Assembly (NCBI GenBank): GCA_043826355.1
Contig: JBDRQI010000022.1
Location: forward strand, 1-19,508
Reading direction: 5' to 3'
DNA from: Candidatus Omnitrophota bacterium
Lineage (GTDB): Bacteria > Ratteibacteria > UBA8468 > MWAK01
Length of the DNA: 19,508 nt
Each line of letters starts with the position of its first letter. Position 1 is the stretch's first letter. The position numbers and the translations under genes were made by a program. The notes under the pieces are model-generated. The model saw nothing but the letters and a program-made list of their open reading frames with translations, ran no database searches and was not told the DNA's origin. Positions 1 to 9,803 of the stretch are shown in pieces.

Positions 1-1
1 A

Positions 2-2926
2 AAACGGGCAGAACTATACTGGACCATAGAGCTGGCAATCCCGTTTTCCGATTTGAAATCCTCCTACCCGGAAGATAACCGGCGCTGGGGTTTTAACGTG
101 GGAAGGGAGCGTTACGCGGTCTCGCCCACCGAGCTTTCAACTTGGGCATCGTTGGGCGGTTTTACCCAGCGGGAACGGTTCGGAAAACTGGTCTTTTACA
201 GCAAGTCAGAAATTATCGCCAACATCGATTACTGGAAAGTCATGGCAGAGGAAGACCCGCTGATGCGCCGGCCGGAAGTTCCCGGCTATGAGATTGCCAG
301 CGACCAGGGCGAGAAAAAGTCGGATTTATGGACCTACGACCCGATGTCAATCAAGGTGGATAAACATGCCAAATGGGGCGTCCGGGGAGCATCCCAGCGC
401 TGGAGCCTCTGGCCGATTCCCGATGCCAAGTCATCCTACCCGGAGTTCTACCAGGCGGCGATGTCCGTCAACCGCGCGCTGGTTGCCAAATCCAATCTGG
501 ACGATAAGCTTGAACAAGTCCGCAAGACCGGGGCATACTACAAGGCCATTAACGGAACAAGCGGACAAAAATCAACCTTGGACCTGCTGAAGACCGAGCA
601 GGATTTCAAAACCCGGTCTGAAATTATCGACATTGCCCTGAATACCGCCTACCAGGCCTACGGCGAGGCCTTTGACCAGGACTGGAATAAAGAAAAACTG
701 GCCGGTCTGGATACAAAGATTAATGACATTCTCGCCAAAATCACGGAGCTGGGAGAAAAGTCCGACCATACTCTGGCGCTGATACAAGACACCCTGCAAA
801 AAACCTCTCCCTGGAACAATCTTTCTCTGGCGCTGCCTGCTTCTGAAAAAAGAATCAACCGAGACGGCGCAAACGAGCGATTAAGATACTCATTAAACGG
901 TCAGGGATTCCGGTATTATGAATTAAACCGGCTTCTTGGTGAATTCGACTCAATTGAAAACAGCTCCATCAATATGAGCTCAAAGACAGCAGAGCTGGTA
1001 GCACCGGGCAAATATGCTTTTCAATTCATGGACGATACTTATAAAGTTGCCAAAAAAGATTACGGAGTTAATACCCAATACAGCGTGGTCTACGGAACAC
1101 ATAATTGTTGGATGTTGATGCCTCCCTGGTTGATTGATAAAATCAAAACGGACAGCGATATTTTGCTGCAAAGCAGAGACGGATTGACCGGATTTCGAAT
1201 GAATGATTGGCCCGCTTATTCTATCTACACCGGCGTTAATCCGAACAATCCGGAGGTGATGGAGTTTAACCGGGATTATCTGAAAAACCTGTCCGCGCAC
1301 GCCTCCGCCTACAAGATGACCGATTTTTTTATAACCGGCTGGGAAAACAGCGAATATTTCCGGTGCATGCTGAACAATCAAGAAGTATTTCGCAGCCTTG
1401 GTTATAATACGACCGGCAAGAAAGCGTTCCGCGACTATCTGAAGGAAAGATACAGTTCCATTGCCGGATTGAACGCACAGTGGAAATCGACCTATGCTTC
1501 ATTCGAAAACATCGAGCCGCCGGAAGATAAATTTATCCAACCGCCCAAGATGGTATCCGGACTGACTTATGAATTCGAGCGCTGGCAGCGGGTAAACCAC
1601 GCCCGCTATTTGGGGAAATTACGGTCGTTCCTGAAAGAGGGCGCCCCGGAGATTCCGGTCATGAACGACCCTTCGGTTACACTGCTCGGGGGGAGCCAGT
1701 ATTTGGCTTTCAAGGAAAATACGGCCGATATCTATTCCTACCATTCGAACCCGGCATCAGAAGAGGCCATGTGGGTCTTGCTGAACACGCTTTCCCGGAA
1801 ATTCGGAAAAGTTTTAGCGTATAATGAAAATTACGTAGAGATGTACACCCTGCCGCACCTGAAGGATGAACGGCTTGCCAAGCGGGAAATCAGCAAGTTC
1901 TTCTTTACCCTGTTCCTGCGGGATATACGCTATTCTGTCTGGTGGAATTCTCATTCGGGTAATTCCGTATCTTACATCATCGGCTACGGCGGCGGATTCT
2001 GCAATCTTGATTACGACCAGACAATCTTCCGCTGGAGCACGACGGAATACGCCCCGATGTACGCCCGGGGCCGCTTTATCGAAAAAGCGCTGCTGGAAAG
2101 CGCGCCGGAGCAGCCGAAGATTGCGGTAATCAGCCCCTGCTCCACCATCTTCAACCTGGCCAGTATGGGGCGCTCCCCGTTTGATAACCCGGCCGTCAAG
2201 GGGATGCTGGACAGCCACAACTTCTTATTAGACCCGCAAAACTACAGTCATGATTATATCTTCGAAGAGATGGTCCTGGACAAGATGGCATCGCTGGATG
2301 ATTATCAGGTTGTCATCCTGCCCTACGCCGTTTACCTGACCGAAGAGTTTTCCCGGACAATCAAGCAATGGGTGGAAAAAGGCGGCACGCTGATTGCGGT
2401 CGGGCCGTTTGGCCTTACGAACGAATTCGGATTTGATTTAACCGCGGACAAATCCCTCTTCAAAACACTCTTCCCCAAATACACCAGAACCGGAAGCGAA
2501 GACTGGGATTTCACGACCGGTGAAAACCTGTCAAAAGACCCGGCGCTGCTGATAAAAGATGTCGGGAAGGGAATGGTGGCCTACCTGAATAAGTCTTTGT
2601 ACGTGTCTTTGCAGTCTCCGGCGGTCAAGAATGCTTTAACTGAATTTTTAGGGCAAAAAACAAAAAGGACCGCAGTCTCTCCGGACGCGGATTTGAAAAT
2701 ACTTGTCCGCGAAGGGAAAGACGGGGAAAAACACCTGGCGCTGTGCAACCTGAACGTGGAGAAACCCCTGTCCACAACCGTGACGGTTGACGGCCGGTAC
2801 GCTTCGGCATTAGACGTGGTTGTGCCCGGCTGCATGCCGGTCCCGGCCAGGGTATCGCAAGGAAAGACTGTTTTAAACGTGTTTCTTGATCCGGGCGACT
2901 GGACGTATATCAAATTAAAAAAATGA
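2..2926 (+). CDS. Large glycoside hydrolase-like protein, 5'-partial: CBM9-like sugar-binding domain, GH42-like catalytic region and beta-galactosidase trimerization domain
   Basis: The frame is open from base 2 (KRAELYWTIELAIPFSDLKS...WGFNVGRE, CBM9-like), so the true start lies left of the window. It has a GH42-type segment FRDYLKERYSSIAGLNAQWKSTYASFENIEPP and a trimerization-domain motif LDDYQVVILPYAVYL...WVEKGGTLIA. Confidence 0.75.
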   Translation, partial: KRAELYWTIELAIPFSDLKSSYPEDNRRWGFNVGRERYAVSPTELSTWASLGGFTQRERFGKLVFYSKSEIIANIDYWKVMAEEDPLMRRPEVPGYEIASDQGEKKSDLWTYDPMSIKVDKHAKWGVRGASQRWSLWPIPDAKSSYPEFYQAAMSVNRALVAKSNLDDKLEQVRKTGAYYKAINGTSGQKSTLDLLKTEQDFKTRSEIIDIALNTAYQAYGEAFDQDWNKEKLAGLDTKINDILAKITELGEKSDHTLALIQDTLQKTSPWNNLSLALPASEKRINRDGANERLRYSLNGQGFRYYELNRLLGEFDSIENSSINMSSKTAELVAPGKYAFQFMDDTYKVAKKDYGVNTQYSVVYGTHNCWMLMPPWLIDKIKTDSDILLQSRDGLTGFRMNDWPAYSIYTGVNPNNPEVMEFNRDYLKNLSAHASAYKMTDFFITGWENSEYFRCMLNNQEVFRSLGYNTTGKKAFRDYLKERYSSIAGLNAQWKSTYASFENIEPPEDKFIQPPKMVSGLTYEFERWQRVNHARYLGKLRSFLKEGAPEIPVMNDPSVTLLGGSQYLAFKENTADIYSYHSNPASEEAMWVLLNTLSRKFGKVLAYNENYVEMYTLPHLKDERLAKREISKFFFTLFLRDIRYSVWWNSHSGNSVSYIIGYGGGFCNLDYDQTIFRWSTTEYAPMYARGRFIEKALLESAPEQPKIAVISPCSTIFNLASMGRSPFDNPAVKGMLDSHNFLLDPQNYSHDYIFEEMVLDKMASLDDYQVVILPYAVYLTEEFSRTIKQWVEKGGTLIAVGPFGLTNEFGFDLTADKSLFKTLFPKYTRTGSEDWDFTTGENLSKDPALLIKDVGKGMVAYLNKSLYVSLQSPAVKNALTEFLGQKTKRTAVSPDADLKILVREGKDGEKHLALCNLNVEKPLSTTVTVDGRYASALDVVVPGCMPVPARVSQGKTVLNVFLDPGDWTYIKLKK

Positions 2927-2982
2927 GAAACGCAACAAAAACAATATGCTCTTAAGAAATCAGACACACAGAAATTCTGTTT

Positions 2983-3060
2983 TCGCGGCATACGCGGGCT
3001 TCACAGATGATTACGGCAGGGGTTCCGCTGGAAATTATTCAAAAACGGATGGCTGAAAAT
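2983..3060 (+). pseudogene. Remnant of a tyrosine recombinase C-terminal catalytic region
   Basis: Translates SRHTRASQMITAGVPLEIIQKRMAEN, which resembles box II-III (RHTxASxMxxAGVPLxxIQxxLGH). There is no start codon, an upstream in-frame stop at 2953, and it ends ~20 bp from the tRNA-Thr 3' end. Confidence 0.55.
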
Positions 3061-3079
3061 GTTATAATATGGTGCGCAG

Positions 3080-3151
3080 AGCCACCTCGCGGATTTGAAC
3101 CGCGGACCTGAGCATTACGAATGCCCTGCTCTACCACTGAGCTAAGGTGGC
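3080..3151 (-). tRNA. tRNA-Thr (anticodon CGT)
   Basis: The reverse complement GCCACCTTAGCTCAGTGGTAGAGCAGGGCATTCGTAATGCTCAGGTCCGCGGTTCAAATCCGCGAGGTGGCT folds as a cloverleaf. Anticodon loop is TTCGTAA; CCA is not encoded. Confidence 0.96.
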
Positions 3152-3173
3152 TAAATGATTAATTGGCGTACGC

Positions 3174-3189
3174 TGGCACGATTTCTGCA
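3174..3189 (+). promoter_or_regulatory. Candidate sigma54 (-24/-12) promoter upstream of the GH29 gene
   Basis: TGGCACGATTTCTGCA has GG-N10-GC spacing and is close to the TGGCACG-N4-TTGCW consensus. Confidence 0.35.
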
Positions 3190-3205
3190 ATTACTGGTTT
3201 TCCCG

Positions 3206-3229
3206 CTTGTGCCAGATTTGTGTCGTGTT
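3206..3229. repeat. Recurring GTGCCAGATT-core motif, copy 1 (candidate integrase arm-type site)
   Basis: GTGCCAGATTTGTG at 3209-3222 is identical to 9857-9870. 3206-3229 matches 14417-14440 at 21/24 positions. Confidence 0.6.
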
Positions 3230-3343
3230 TGATGCTTTTTCCCAACCCTAATTTTACCGTTTTTAGGGCCAGAATATCAACTGCCTGCTTTTTGTATTCC
3301 GGGTAATTACTGTTTATTAAATAACCAGAAAGGAACGTATTCG

Positions 3344-5065
3344 ATGAAAAAAACGAAATGGTGGCAACAAGACAGATTTGGGATGTTTATTCATTGGGGC
3401 GTATACGCTGTTCCGGCCGGTGTCTGGGAAAACAAGCGCATCCCAGGCCTTGGCGAATGGATTATGTTTAACGCCAAAATCCCGGCAGATGAATACACGG
3501 CCTTAACCAGAAAATTTAACCCGGTCAAGTTCAACGCCGATGAATGGGTCAAAATAGCTAAAAACGCCGGCATGAAATATATGGTTATTACCGCCAAGCA
3601 CCACGATGGTTTCGCCATGTTTAAGTCCTATTGCGACCCCTATAATATTGTTGATGCCACCCCTTACCAACACGATGTATTGGCTGATTTGGCCAATGCA
3701 TGTAAAAAAGCGGGCATCAGGCTCGGTTTTTACTATTCTCAATCTCAGGATTGGCATGAACCGCACGCCGCCCACACCATGTCGCATCGGCCGGAAGGCG
3801 ATGCGACCGGATTTGCGGAATATCTTGAACGGAAGGTAAAACCGCAGTTGCGTGAGTTGTTGACTAACTATGGCGAAGTTGCCTTGATTTGGTTTGATAC
3901 CCCGGCTTTTATCTCGCCGGCCCAGAGCAAAGACCTTGAAAAATTAGTGTATAGTCTGCAACCAAAGTGCCTGATCAACAGCCGCATCGGCAACAATATT
4001 GGCGATTATGCAAGTTTGGGCGATAACTGGGTTCCGTTCGGCGATATAGAAGGCAACTGGGAAACCCCGGCTACCATTAATGATACGTGGGGGTATAAGA
4101 AATACGACCAAAACTGGAAACCGGTGTCGGCACTCTTGCGGACCTTGACGCGTTTAGCCGGCAGGGGCATGAATTATCTGTTGAATGTCGGACCGACTGC
4201 CGAGGGGGCAATTCCGGCCCAAAGCGTTGACCGGCTTGAACAAATGGGTAATTGGCTCAAGGAAAACGACGAGGCGGTATACGGCACTGCGGGCAGCCCA
4301 TATCCTTATGAATTCGACTGGGGCGATATAACTCAAAAGCCGGGCAAGTTATACCTTTTGGTTGCCGAATGGCCGGGGCAACGGTTGAATCTATATGGCT
4401 TACACAATCGCGTCCGCAACGTGCATCTGCTAAAGAATCCCGGACAAAAACTTTCTTTTGAGCAATCCCGTGATCCGGTGAGCGGTTATAATTTATTAAG
4501 CGTTACCTTACCGTGCAACGCGCCGGGGAAACCAATCTCTGTTGTTGCCGTCACTATTGAAGGGTCAGCCAAAGTTGAGCAGGATATATTGCCCCAGTCC
4601 AACGGCACCATCAGTCTGCCGATTCATTTGGCCGGAGTCCATAATCAACCGGAGGTCCCTACTTTTGTTGATTTACATCCGATACGTATTATGCCATACG
4701 GAAATACATGGTGGAACAGCACTCGTTCGTGGGTTGAATGGACATTTAAGGTGGTCCGCCCCGGCCGGTACAGCGTAAATGTGATTACTGCTGTTCCCGC
4801 ATGTTGGCGAGAACACTGGAAAGATCTCGCCGGCAGCCATGTTGTTGTGTCGTGCGCCGGGAAACGCCTGAGCCGTTTGCTTGTGGATAACGGCCGCAGC
4901 AAACCATCGTTGGATTGGTACAAGAAATCATTAGTCACGAACATGGGAATGGTTGACTTTAAATGTGCGGGGGAATACCACCTTGAATTAAAAGTATCTA
5001 AGTTGTCTAGAGAGTGGATGTTGCTACACGGCGTTGATCTCGTAAGGCTTGAAAACCGTTTGTAG
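3344..5065 (+). CDS. Alpha-L-fucosidase (GH29) with C-terminal beta-sandwich/CBM-like extension
   Basis: Motifs [28 protein letters not shown] (nucleophile) and NYLLNVGP are present. An AAGGA RBS lies upstream. Confidence 0.93.
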   Translation: MKKTKWWQQDRFGMFIHWGVYAVPAGVWENKRIPGLGEWIMFNAKIPADEYTALTRKFNPVKFNADEWVKIAKNAGMKYMVITAKHHDGFAMFKSYCDPYNIVDATPYQHDVLADLANACKKAGIRLGFYYSQSQDWHEPHAAHTMSHRPEGDATGFAEYLERKVKPQLRELLTNYGEVALIWFDTPAFISPAQSKDLEKLVYSLQPKCLINSRIGNNIGDYASLGDNWVPFGDIEGNWETPATINDTWGYKKYDQNWKPVSALLRTLTRLAGRGMNYLLNVGPTAEGAIPAQSVDRLEQMGNWLKENDEAVYGTAGSPYPYEFDWGDITQKPGKLYLLVAEWPGQRLNLYGLHNRVRNVHLLKNPGQKLSFEQSRDPVSGYNLLSVTLPCNAPGKPISVVAVTIEGSAKVEQDILPQSNGTISLPIHLAGVHNQPEVPTFVDLHPIRIMPYGNTWWNSTRSWVEWTFKVVRPGRYSVNVITAVPACWREHWKDLAGSHVVVSCAGKRLSRLLVDNGRSKPSLDWYKKSLVTNMGMVDFKCAGEYHLELKVSKLSREWMLLHGVDLVRLENRL

Positions 5066-5120
5066 GTTCTGTTCCCGGCAGAAAACCGGAAATCACTACA
5101 CAGGGAGGGAGTTAAAAAAT

Positions 5121-5855
5121 ATGGAAAGGAAGATTAAGGTAACGGTTTGGAATGAATTTCGGCACGAAAAAAGTGATGAAGCTGTCAAAAAGATTTATCC
5201 GGAAGGAATGCACGCGGTCATCGCGGCCCACCTGAACAAGCAGGCGGGAATCGTAGCCGGGACTGCGTTCCTTGACCAGCCGGAACACGGTCTGACCCGG
5301 GAGAAGCTTGCCGGCACCGACGTTTTAATCTGGTGGGGACATATAGCTCATGCCGAAGTTTCCGAGGAGATAGTCATCCGGGTTCAGGAACGGGTGCTGG
5401 AAGGCATGGGCCTGATCGTTCTACATTCCGGCCACCACTCTAAAATATTCAAGCGGCTGATGGGCACCACCTGCAACCTGCGCTGGCGCGAAGTTGGCGA
5501 GAAAGAACGGCTGTGGAACGTGGAACCCGGCCACCCGGTGACCGAGGATATCGGCGACTGCTTTGAACTGCCGCACGAGGAAATGTACGGGGAACGTTTT
5601 GATATCCCAACGCCGGATAAACTGGTCTTCATTTCCTGGTTTGAAGGCGGGGAGGTCTTCCGCAGCGGCTGTTGTTATGAGCGGGGCCACGGCCGCATCT
5701 TCTATTTCCGGCCCGGCCACGAAACGTACCCTGTTTATTACGACGCCAGCGTGATGAAAGTTATCACCAATGCGGTTCAATGGGCAACACCAAGAGTACA
5801 ACAAAAAATAGCGTGCCCCAATACACAACCCATCGAAAAAATAAACCGTCAGTAA
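5121..5855 (+). CDS. thuA: Trehalose utilization protein ThuA (class I glutamine amidotransferase-like fold)
   Basis: Motifs [33 protein letters not shown] and [11 protein letters not shown]. Start moved to ATG 5121, which follows a GGAGGGAG RBS. Confidence 0.92.
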   Translation: MERKIKVTVWNEFRHEKSDEAVKKIYPEGMHAVIAAHLNKQAGIVAGTAFLDQPEHGLTREKLAGTDVLIWWGHIAHAEVSEEIVIRVQERVLEGMGLIVLHSGHHSKIFKRLMGTTCNLRWREVGEKERLWNVEPGHPVTEDIGDCFELPHEEMYGERFDIPTPDKLVFISWFEGGEVFRSGCCYERGHGRIFYFRPGHETYPVYYDASVMKVITNAVQWATPRVQQKIACPNTQPIEKINRQ

Positions 5856-5862
5856 AAGTTTA

Positions 5863-6591
5863 CTAAATGGGCGAGAACCACATCTTGGGTAAAACAGATG
5901 GCTCAATCTTAATGGATAAATTCGCGGTAACACTGACAGCCGGGTTCTGGCTGTCGGTGACCCGGACGGTGAATTTACTGGTACCGGTCGTTTTCGGCGT
6001 GCCGGTAATTGCGCCGGTGCTTGCATTAAGGGAAAGACCGGCCGGCAGGGAACCGGCTGAAATACTCCAACTGTACGGAAAAAACCCGCCGGTTGCCTGA
6101 AGCCTCTGGCTGTAAGCAACCCTGACCGCACCGTCAGGAAAACTTGCGGTGATGATGCCCAAGACAGGCGGGTTAACCGCAACGGATAATGTTTTGGTAA
6201 CGTTTTCAGCCGGGTTCTGGCTGTCGGTGACCCGGACGGTGAATCTGCTGGCACCGGCAATTTTCAGTGTGCCGGTAATTGCGCCGGTGCTTGCATTAAG
6301 GGAAAGACCGGCCGGCAGGGAACCGGCTGAAATACTCCAACTGTACGGGGCAATACCGCCGCTCGCTTGGACCTTCTGGCTGTAAGCGGTTCCGGCAGCA
6401 CCGGCCGGGAGACTTGTGGTGATAATGGCCATCTGCGTATCGCTCACAACAGAATCGGAGCCGCAATTTTCCAACAGCGCAGAGTTCTCTTCCGGGGCAA
6501 CATCCGCGGCGTTAACCATCCCAACTCCGGTAACGGTTATAAGGCCTATTAAACAGACCACCGGAAATAATCTACCGCTTATTCTCTGCAT
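5863..6591 (-). CDS. Secreted protein with two putative Ig (He_PIG/cadherin-like) domains
   Basis: N-terminal signal-peptide-like stretch, then two repeats of ITTSLP..G..YSQ...ASGG..PYSWSISAGSLPAGLSLNASTGAITGT....FTVRVTDS. Confidence 0.85.
   Translation of the reverse strand: MQRISGRLFPVVCLIGLITVTGVGMVNAADVAPEENSALLENCGSDSVVSDTQMAIITTSLPAGAAGTAYSQKVQASGGIAPYSWSISAGSLPAGLSLNASTGAITGTLKIAGASRFTVRVTDSQNPAENVTKTLSVAVNPPVLGIITASFPDGAVRVAYSQRLQATGGFFPYSWSISAGSLPAGLSLNASTGAITGTPKTTGTSKFTVRVTDSQNPAVSVTANLSIKIEPSVLPKMWFSPI
5937..6348. repeat. Intragenic tandem duplication, 270 bp period
   Basis: 5937-5974 is identical to 6207-6244 (38 bp), and 5999-6078 is identical to 6269-6348 (80 bp). Confidence 0.95.
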
Positions 6592-6665
6592 GTACTTATC
6601 TTACCACTCCAAATATTTCCTGTCAACGTCAGATAACGGTTACCTGTATTTTCGGCTGCTACACC

Positions 6666-8006
6666 TTATTTTGCGGCTTTCGGCAGATGAATGGCGCGGC
6701 CCAGACAGGCTTCCGCGGCCTCTTTCACGCTCTCGGCCAGAGTGGGATGACCGAAAATAGTTCCGGTAATCGTCTCTATGGTTGCCTCGGCGGCTGCCGC
6801 GGTGCTGACAACATGAACCAGGTCTGTGGCATTGGGACCGATAATCTGGCAACCGGCAACCAGCCCGGTCTCCTTTTCCGCGATAATTTTAACAAACCCA
6901 TCTGTCTCATTGATGCAGTGTGCCTTGCCTAAAGCGGTAAACGGAAATTTGCCTATCCTGTAATCGGCTTTCCGGTCCTTGATGTCGTCTTCCTTCAAAC
7001 CAAAAGTGCCTACTTCCGGTATCGTAAAAATACAGGAAGGCATAAACCGGTCCTGGACCGGGTGGTCGTGCCCGGCCAATTGTTCTACGATGGAGACGCC
7101 GTGCTCGCTGGCCAGATAGGCAAGCTGTCCCTTACCGGAAATATCACCGATAGCAAAGATGTTCTTAATGCTGGTCCGCAGGGAATCGTCGGTGATAACA
7201 AACCCTTTCTGGTCCGTGGCAACTCCGGCCTCTTCCAGACCGATACCCGCGGTATTTGGCTGGCGGCCGATAGCCACCAGTATCAATTCCGCTTTTTCCA
7301 GTTCCGGCCTTTCCGCAGCCCGGCCGACAACTACCTCTACCCCGCGCTTCTTAAAGATACGCTCCATCGTAACACCGATTTCCGAATCCTCCAGCGGCAA
7401 AAGACGGGGCAGCATTTCATAGAGGGATACTTTTACGCCGAGAGCCGTAAAGATAGAAGCAAATTCGCAGCCGATGGCGCCGCCGCCGACCACCGCCAGG
7501 CTGGCCGGTAGTTTCTGGAGGTTGATTATCTCGTCCGAAGTAATATACCGTCCGTCAGCAAACGGGAAGAACCTGGGCCGGGCAGGACTGGAACCGGTTG
7601 CCAGAATAACCGTCTGCGCTTTTATTTCCGCATCCTTTGTCTTGATTGAGCCGTCCGGAGTCAATGCGCCTTCGGACATAACCAGATTTACGCCGTGGCT
7701 CTTCAACAGGTATCCGATACCGGTGCGCAGGTTAGCCACCACCTTGTTCTTCCAGCCGACCAGCTGGTTAATGTCAACCTGGGGTTGGCCGAAAAGAACT
7801 CCCTGACCGGATGCCTTTTTCGCCTTTTCGATGGTGTGGGCGATATCGGCCCAGCATTTGGTCGGAATGCACCCCCAGTTTAAACAGGTACCGCCGACCA
7901 GGTCTCTTTCAATTAAAACGGTCTTTAGTCCCAGTTGAGCGGCGCGGATGGCGGCTACGTATCCGCCGGGTCCGGCGCCCAGTATTGCCAGGTCAAACTG
8001 CTCCAT
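6666..8006 (-). CDS. lpdA: Dihydrolipoyl dehydrogenase
   Basis: FAD motif GAGPGGYVAAIRAAQLG, redox disulfide GGTCLNWGCIP, NAD motif GGGAIGCE and C-terminal HPTLAE. Confidence 0.93.
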   Translation of the reverse strand: MEQFDLAILGAGPGGYVAAIRAAQLGLKTVLIERDLVGGTCLNWGCIPTKCWADIAHTIEKAKKASGQGVLFGQPQVDINQLVGWKNKVVANLRTGIGYLLKSHGVNLVMSEGALTPDGSIKTKDAEIKAQTVILATGSSPARPRFFPFADGRYITSDEIINLQKLPASLAVVGGGAIGCEFASIFTALGVKVSLYEMLPRLLPLEDSEIGVTMERIFKKRGVEVVVGRAAERPELEKAELILVAIGRQPNTAGIGLEEAGVATDQKGFVITDDSLRTSIKNIFAIGDISGKGQLAYLASEHGVSIVEQLAGHDHPVQDRFMPSCIFTIPEVGTFGLKEDDIKDRKADYRIGKFPFTALGKAHCINETDGFVKIIAEKETGLVAGCQIIGPNATDLVHVVSTAAAAEATIETITGTIFGHPTLAESVKEAAEACLGRAIHLPKAAK

Positions 8007-8950
8007 TATTTAGCCCCTCCCTCAAACCAACCAATCGTCTTCTTCAATCCCTCTTCCAGCGAGACCAGCGGTTCCCAACCCAAAACGGCTTTAGCCCGGG
8101 AAATATCCGGACAGCGGCGGGCCGGGTCATCGTCCGGCAGGGGCTGAAAAACAATTTCGCTCCGGGACCGGCACAGAGAAATTACTGTCTTTGCCAACTC
8201 TAAAATCGTAATTTCACGGGCATTGCCCAGGTTTAAAACTATGTTATCAACAGCATTTGCCTTTCCGGCAAGCCGCACCAGACCGGATACCAGGTCGGAA
8301 ACATAACAGAGACTGCGCGTCTGACCTCCGTCGCCGTAAACGGTAACCGGCATACCGGCCAGTGCCTGGGAAATAAAATTGGAAACTACCCGGCCGTCAG
8401 CCGGCCGCAGCCGGGGACCATAGGTATTGAAAATACGGCTGGTTGCGGTCTTTAGACCGTACTTGCGGCGGTAAGCCGCGGTAATTGCCTCGGCGTAACG
8501 TTTGCTCTCGTCGTATACGCTGCGCGGCCCGTTTGGATTGACGTTTCCCCAGTAATCTTCCTTTTGGGGGTGGACCTTCGGGTCTCCGTAAACTTCGCTG
8601 GTAGAGGCCAGAAAAAAAGACGCGTCTTCCTTCCGGGCCAGTTCCAGCAGATTTTCCGTACCAATTGACCCGACCCGCAAAGTCTCCAGGGGATAACGAT
8701 AATAATCCACCGGGCTGGCCGGCGACGCCAAGTTGAAGATGAGATCAATTCCCTTTGGCAGTTCAGGAAGGGACCGGGAAATATCCGCCTCCAGAAACGT
8801 GAAATTTGTCCGGTTCAGAAGAGAGGCGATATTCTCCCTTGAGCCGGTAATAAGATTATCCAAGCAGATTACCTCTACATCCTGCTCGTAGTAATGCTCA
8901 CAGAGATAACTGCCGATAAATCCGGCGCCGCCGGCGATTAGTACCTTCAC
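8006..8950 (-). CDS. UDP-glucuronic acid decarboxylase family NAD-dependent epimerase/dehydratase
   Basis: Motifs GGAGFIGS, LASPASP, ASTSEVYGDP, YWGNVNP.GPRSVYDESKR, RIFNTYGP and DDPARRCPDI. GTG start overlaps the upstream stop. Confidence 0.92.
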   Translation of the reverse strand: MKVLIAGGAGFIGSYLCEHYYEQDVEVICLDNLITGSRENIASLLNRTNFTFLEADISRSLPELPKGIDLIFNLASPASPVDYYRYPLETLRVGSIGTENLLELARKEDASFFLASTSEVYGDPKVHPQKEDYWGNVNPNGPRSVYDESKRYAEAITAAYRRKYGLKTATSRIFNTYGPRLRPADGRVVSNFISQALAGMPVTVYGDGGQTRSLCYVSDLVSGLVRLAGKANAVDNIVLNLGNAREITILELAKTVISLCRSRSEIVFQPLPDDDPARRCPDISRAKAVLGWEPLVSLEEGLKKTIGWFEGGAK

Positions 8951-9558
8951 TTTATAATTTTACCATTAATTACGATTAAAGCGTGAAAGTCCTGGTAGGA
9001 GCGATAGTCCTTCTTTAAATTTTTCTCAAATAATTCCTGGAGGGGCTGATAGGAAAGAACCCGGGCCAGGTTTAGGTCCCGGGCCAGGCGCCTGGTATAT
9101 TCGTCAACGACAAAGACCGGTTTCTCCAGGCCGTAGAGGAGGATATCGTCGGCGGTCTCCGGGCCAACGCCTTTAAGCGCCAGCAGCCTGGAACGCAGTT
9201 CATCTAACGGAATTTCAGAAGCAAGGCCGATTCCTCCGCAGTTTTCCAAAAAGAAACGGGCCAATATCTTCAGTCGTTCCGCTTTCTGACGGTAAAATCC
9301 GGAAGGTCTTACCAACCGGGCAAGTTTTCGGTCTTCCGTTGCCAAAATGTTTTGCAGGCCGAGGCAATCTGCTTCTTTAAGGTGGGCCACCGCTAACTGG
9401 ACGTTCTTCCAGTTTGCCCGCTGGGTCAGAATCGCCTCTATCACTATCAATTCTTTCTCTTTAAGCGTCTTGGGCCGCTTGCACCACAAACTCCACTGGC
9501 CCTGCGGTTTTCCGTATCTCTCTTTCAGTTCCGCATAAAGCGCCTGTATCCGGTTCAT
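8947..9558 (-). CDS. HhH-GPD superfamily (endonuclease III-related) DNA glycosylase
   Basis: Motifs AILTQRANWKNV, RPSGFYRQKA, HhH LKGVGPETADDILLY, FVVDEYTRR and YQDFHALIV. No C-terminal Fe-S cysteines. Confidence 0.88.
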   Translation of the reverse strand: MNRIQALYAELKERYGKPQGQWSLWCKRPKTLKEKELIVIEAILTQRANWKNVQLAVAHLKEADCLGLQNILATEDRKLARLVRPSGFYRQKAERLKILARFFLENCGGIGLASEIPLDELRSRLLALKGVGPETADDILLYGLEKPVFVVDEYTRRLARDLNLARVLSYQPLQELFEKNLKKDYRSYQDFHALIVINGKIIK

Positions 9559-9597
9559 TTTGGAATTGGGGTTATAAAAAATAATGGTGGGGTATGA

Positions 9598-9727
9598 TGG
9601 GCGGTACAGGATTCGGCGGTCTCGGCTTCACTGCGCCTCCACTCGGCCACCCGCTGGCATTGCTCCTTAATCAGTCGCAACGCCTGACTTCGCTCCCTTC
9701 GAATCCTGCACCCAAGATGCATACCGG
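9598..9727 (-). repeat. 130 bp module at the tRNA-Val 3' end, with a direct and an inverted copy of the tRNA 3' end
   Basis: TGGGCGGTACAGGATTCG at 9598-9615 is identical to 9728-9745. TTCGAATCCTGCACC at 9698-9712 is an inverted copy of 9733-9747 (14/15). Confidence 0.85.
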
Positions 9728-9801
<74 letters not shown>

Positions 9802-9803
9802 GA

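Noticed and set aside
5421..6260. 279 aa minus-strand ORF with internal repeat
   Set aside because: It is an alternate frame of the Ig-repeat gene and antisense to thuA, so a shadow ORF.
5937..6348. Near-identical repeat pair as a possible diversity-generating retroelement TR/VR
   Set aside because: Mismatches are not adenine-specific on either strand, both copies are in-frame domains of one gene, and no reverse transcriptase is present.
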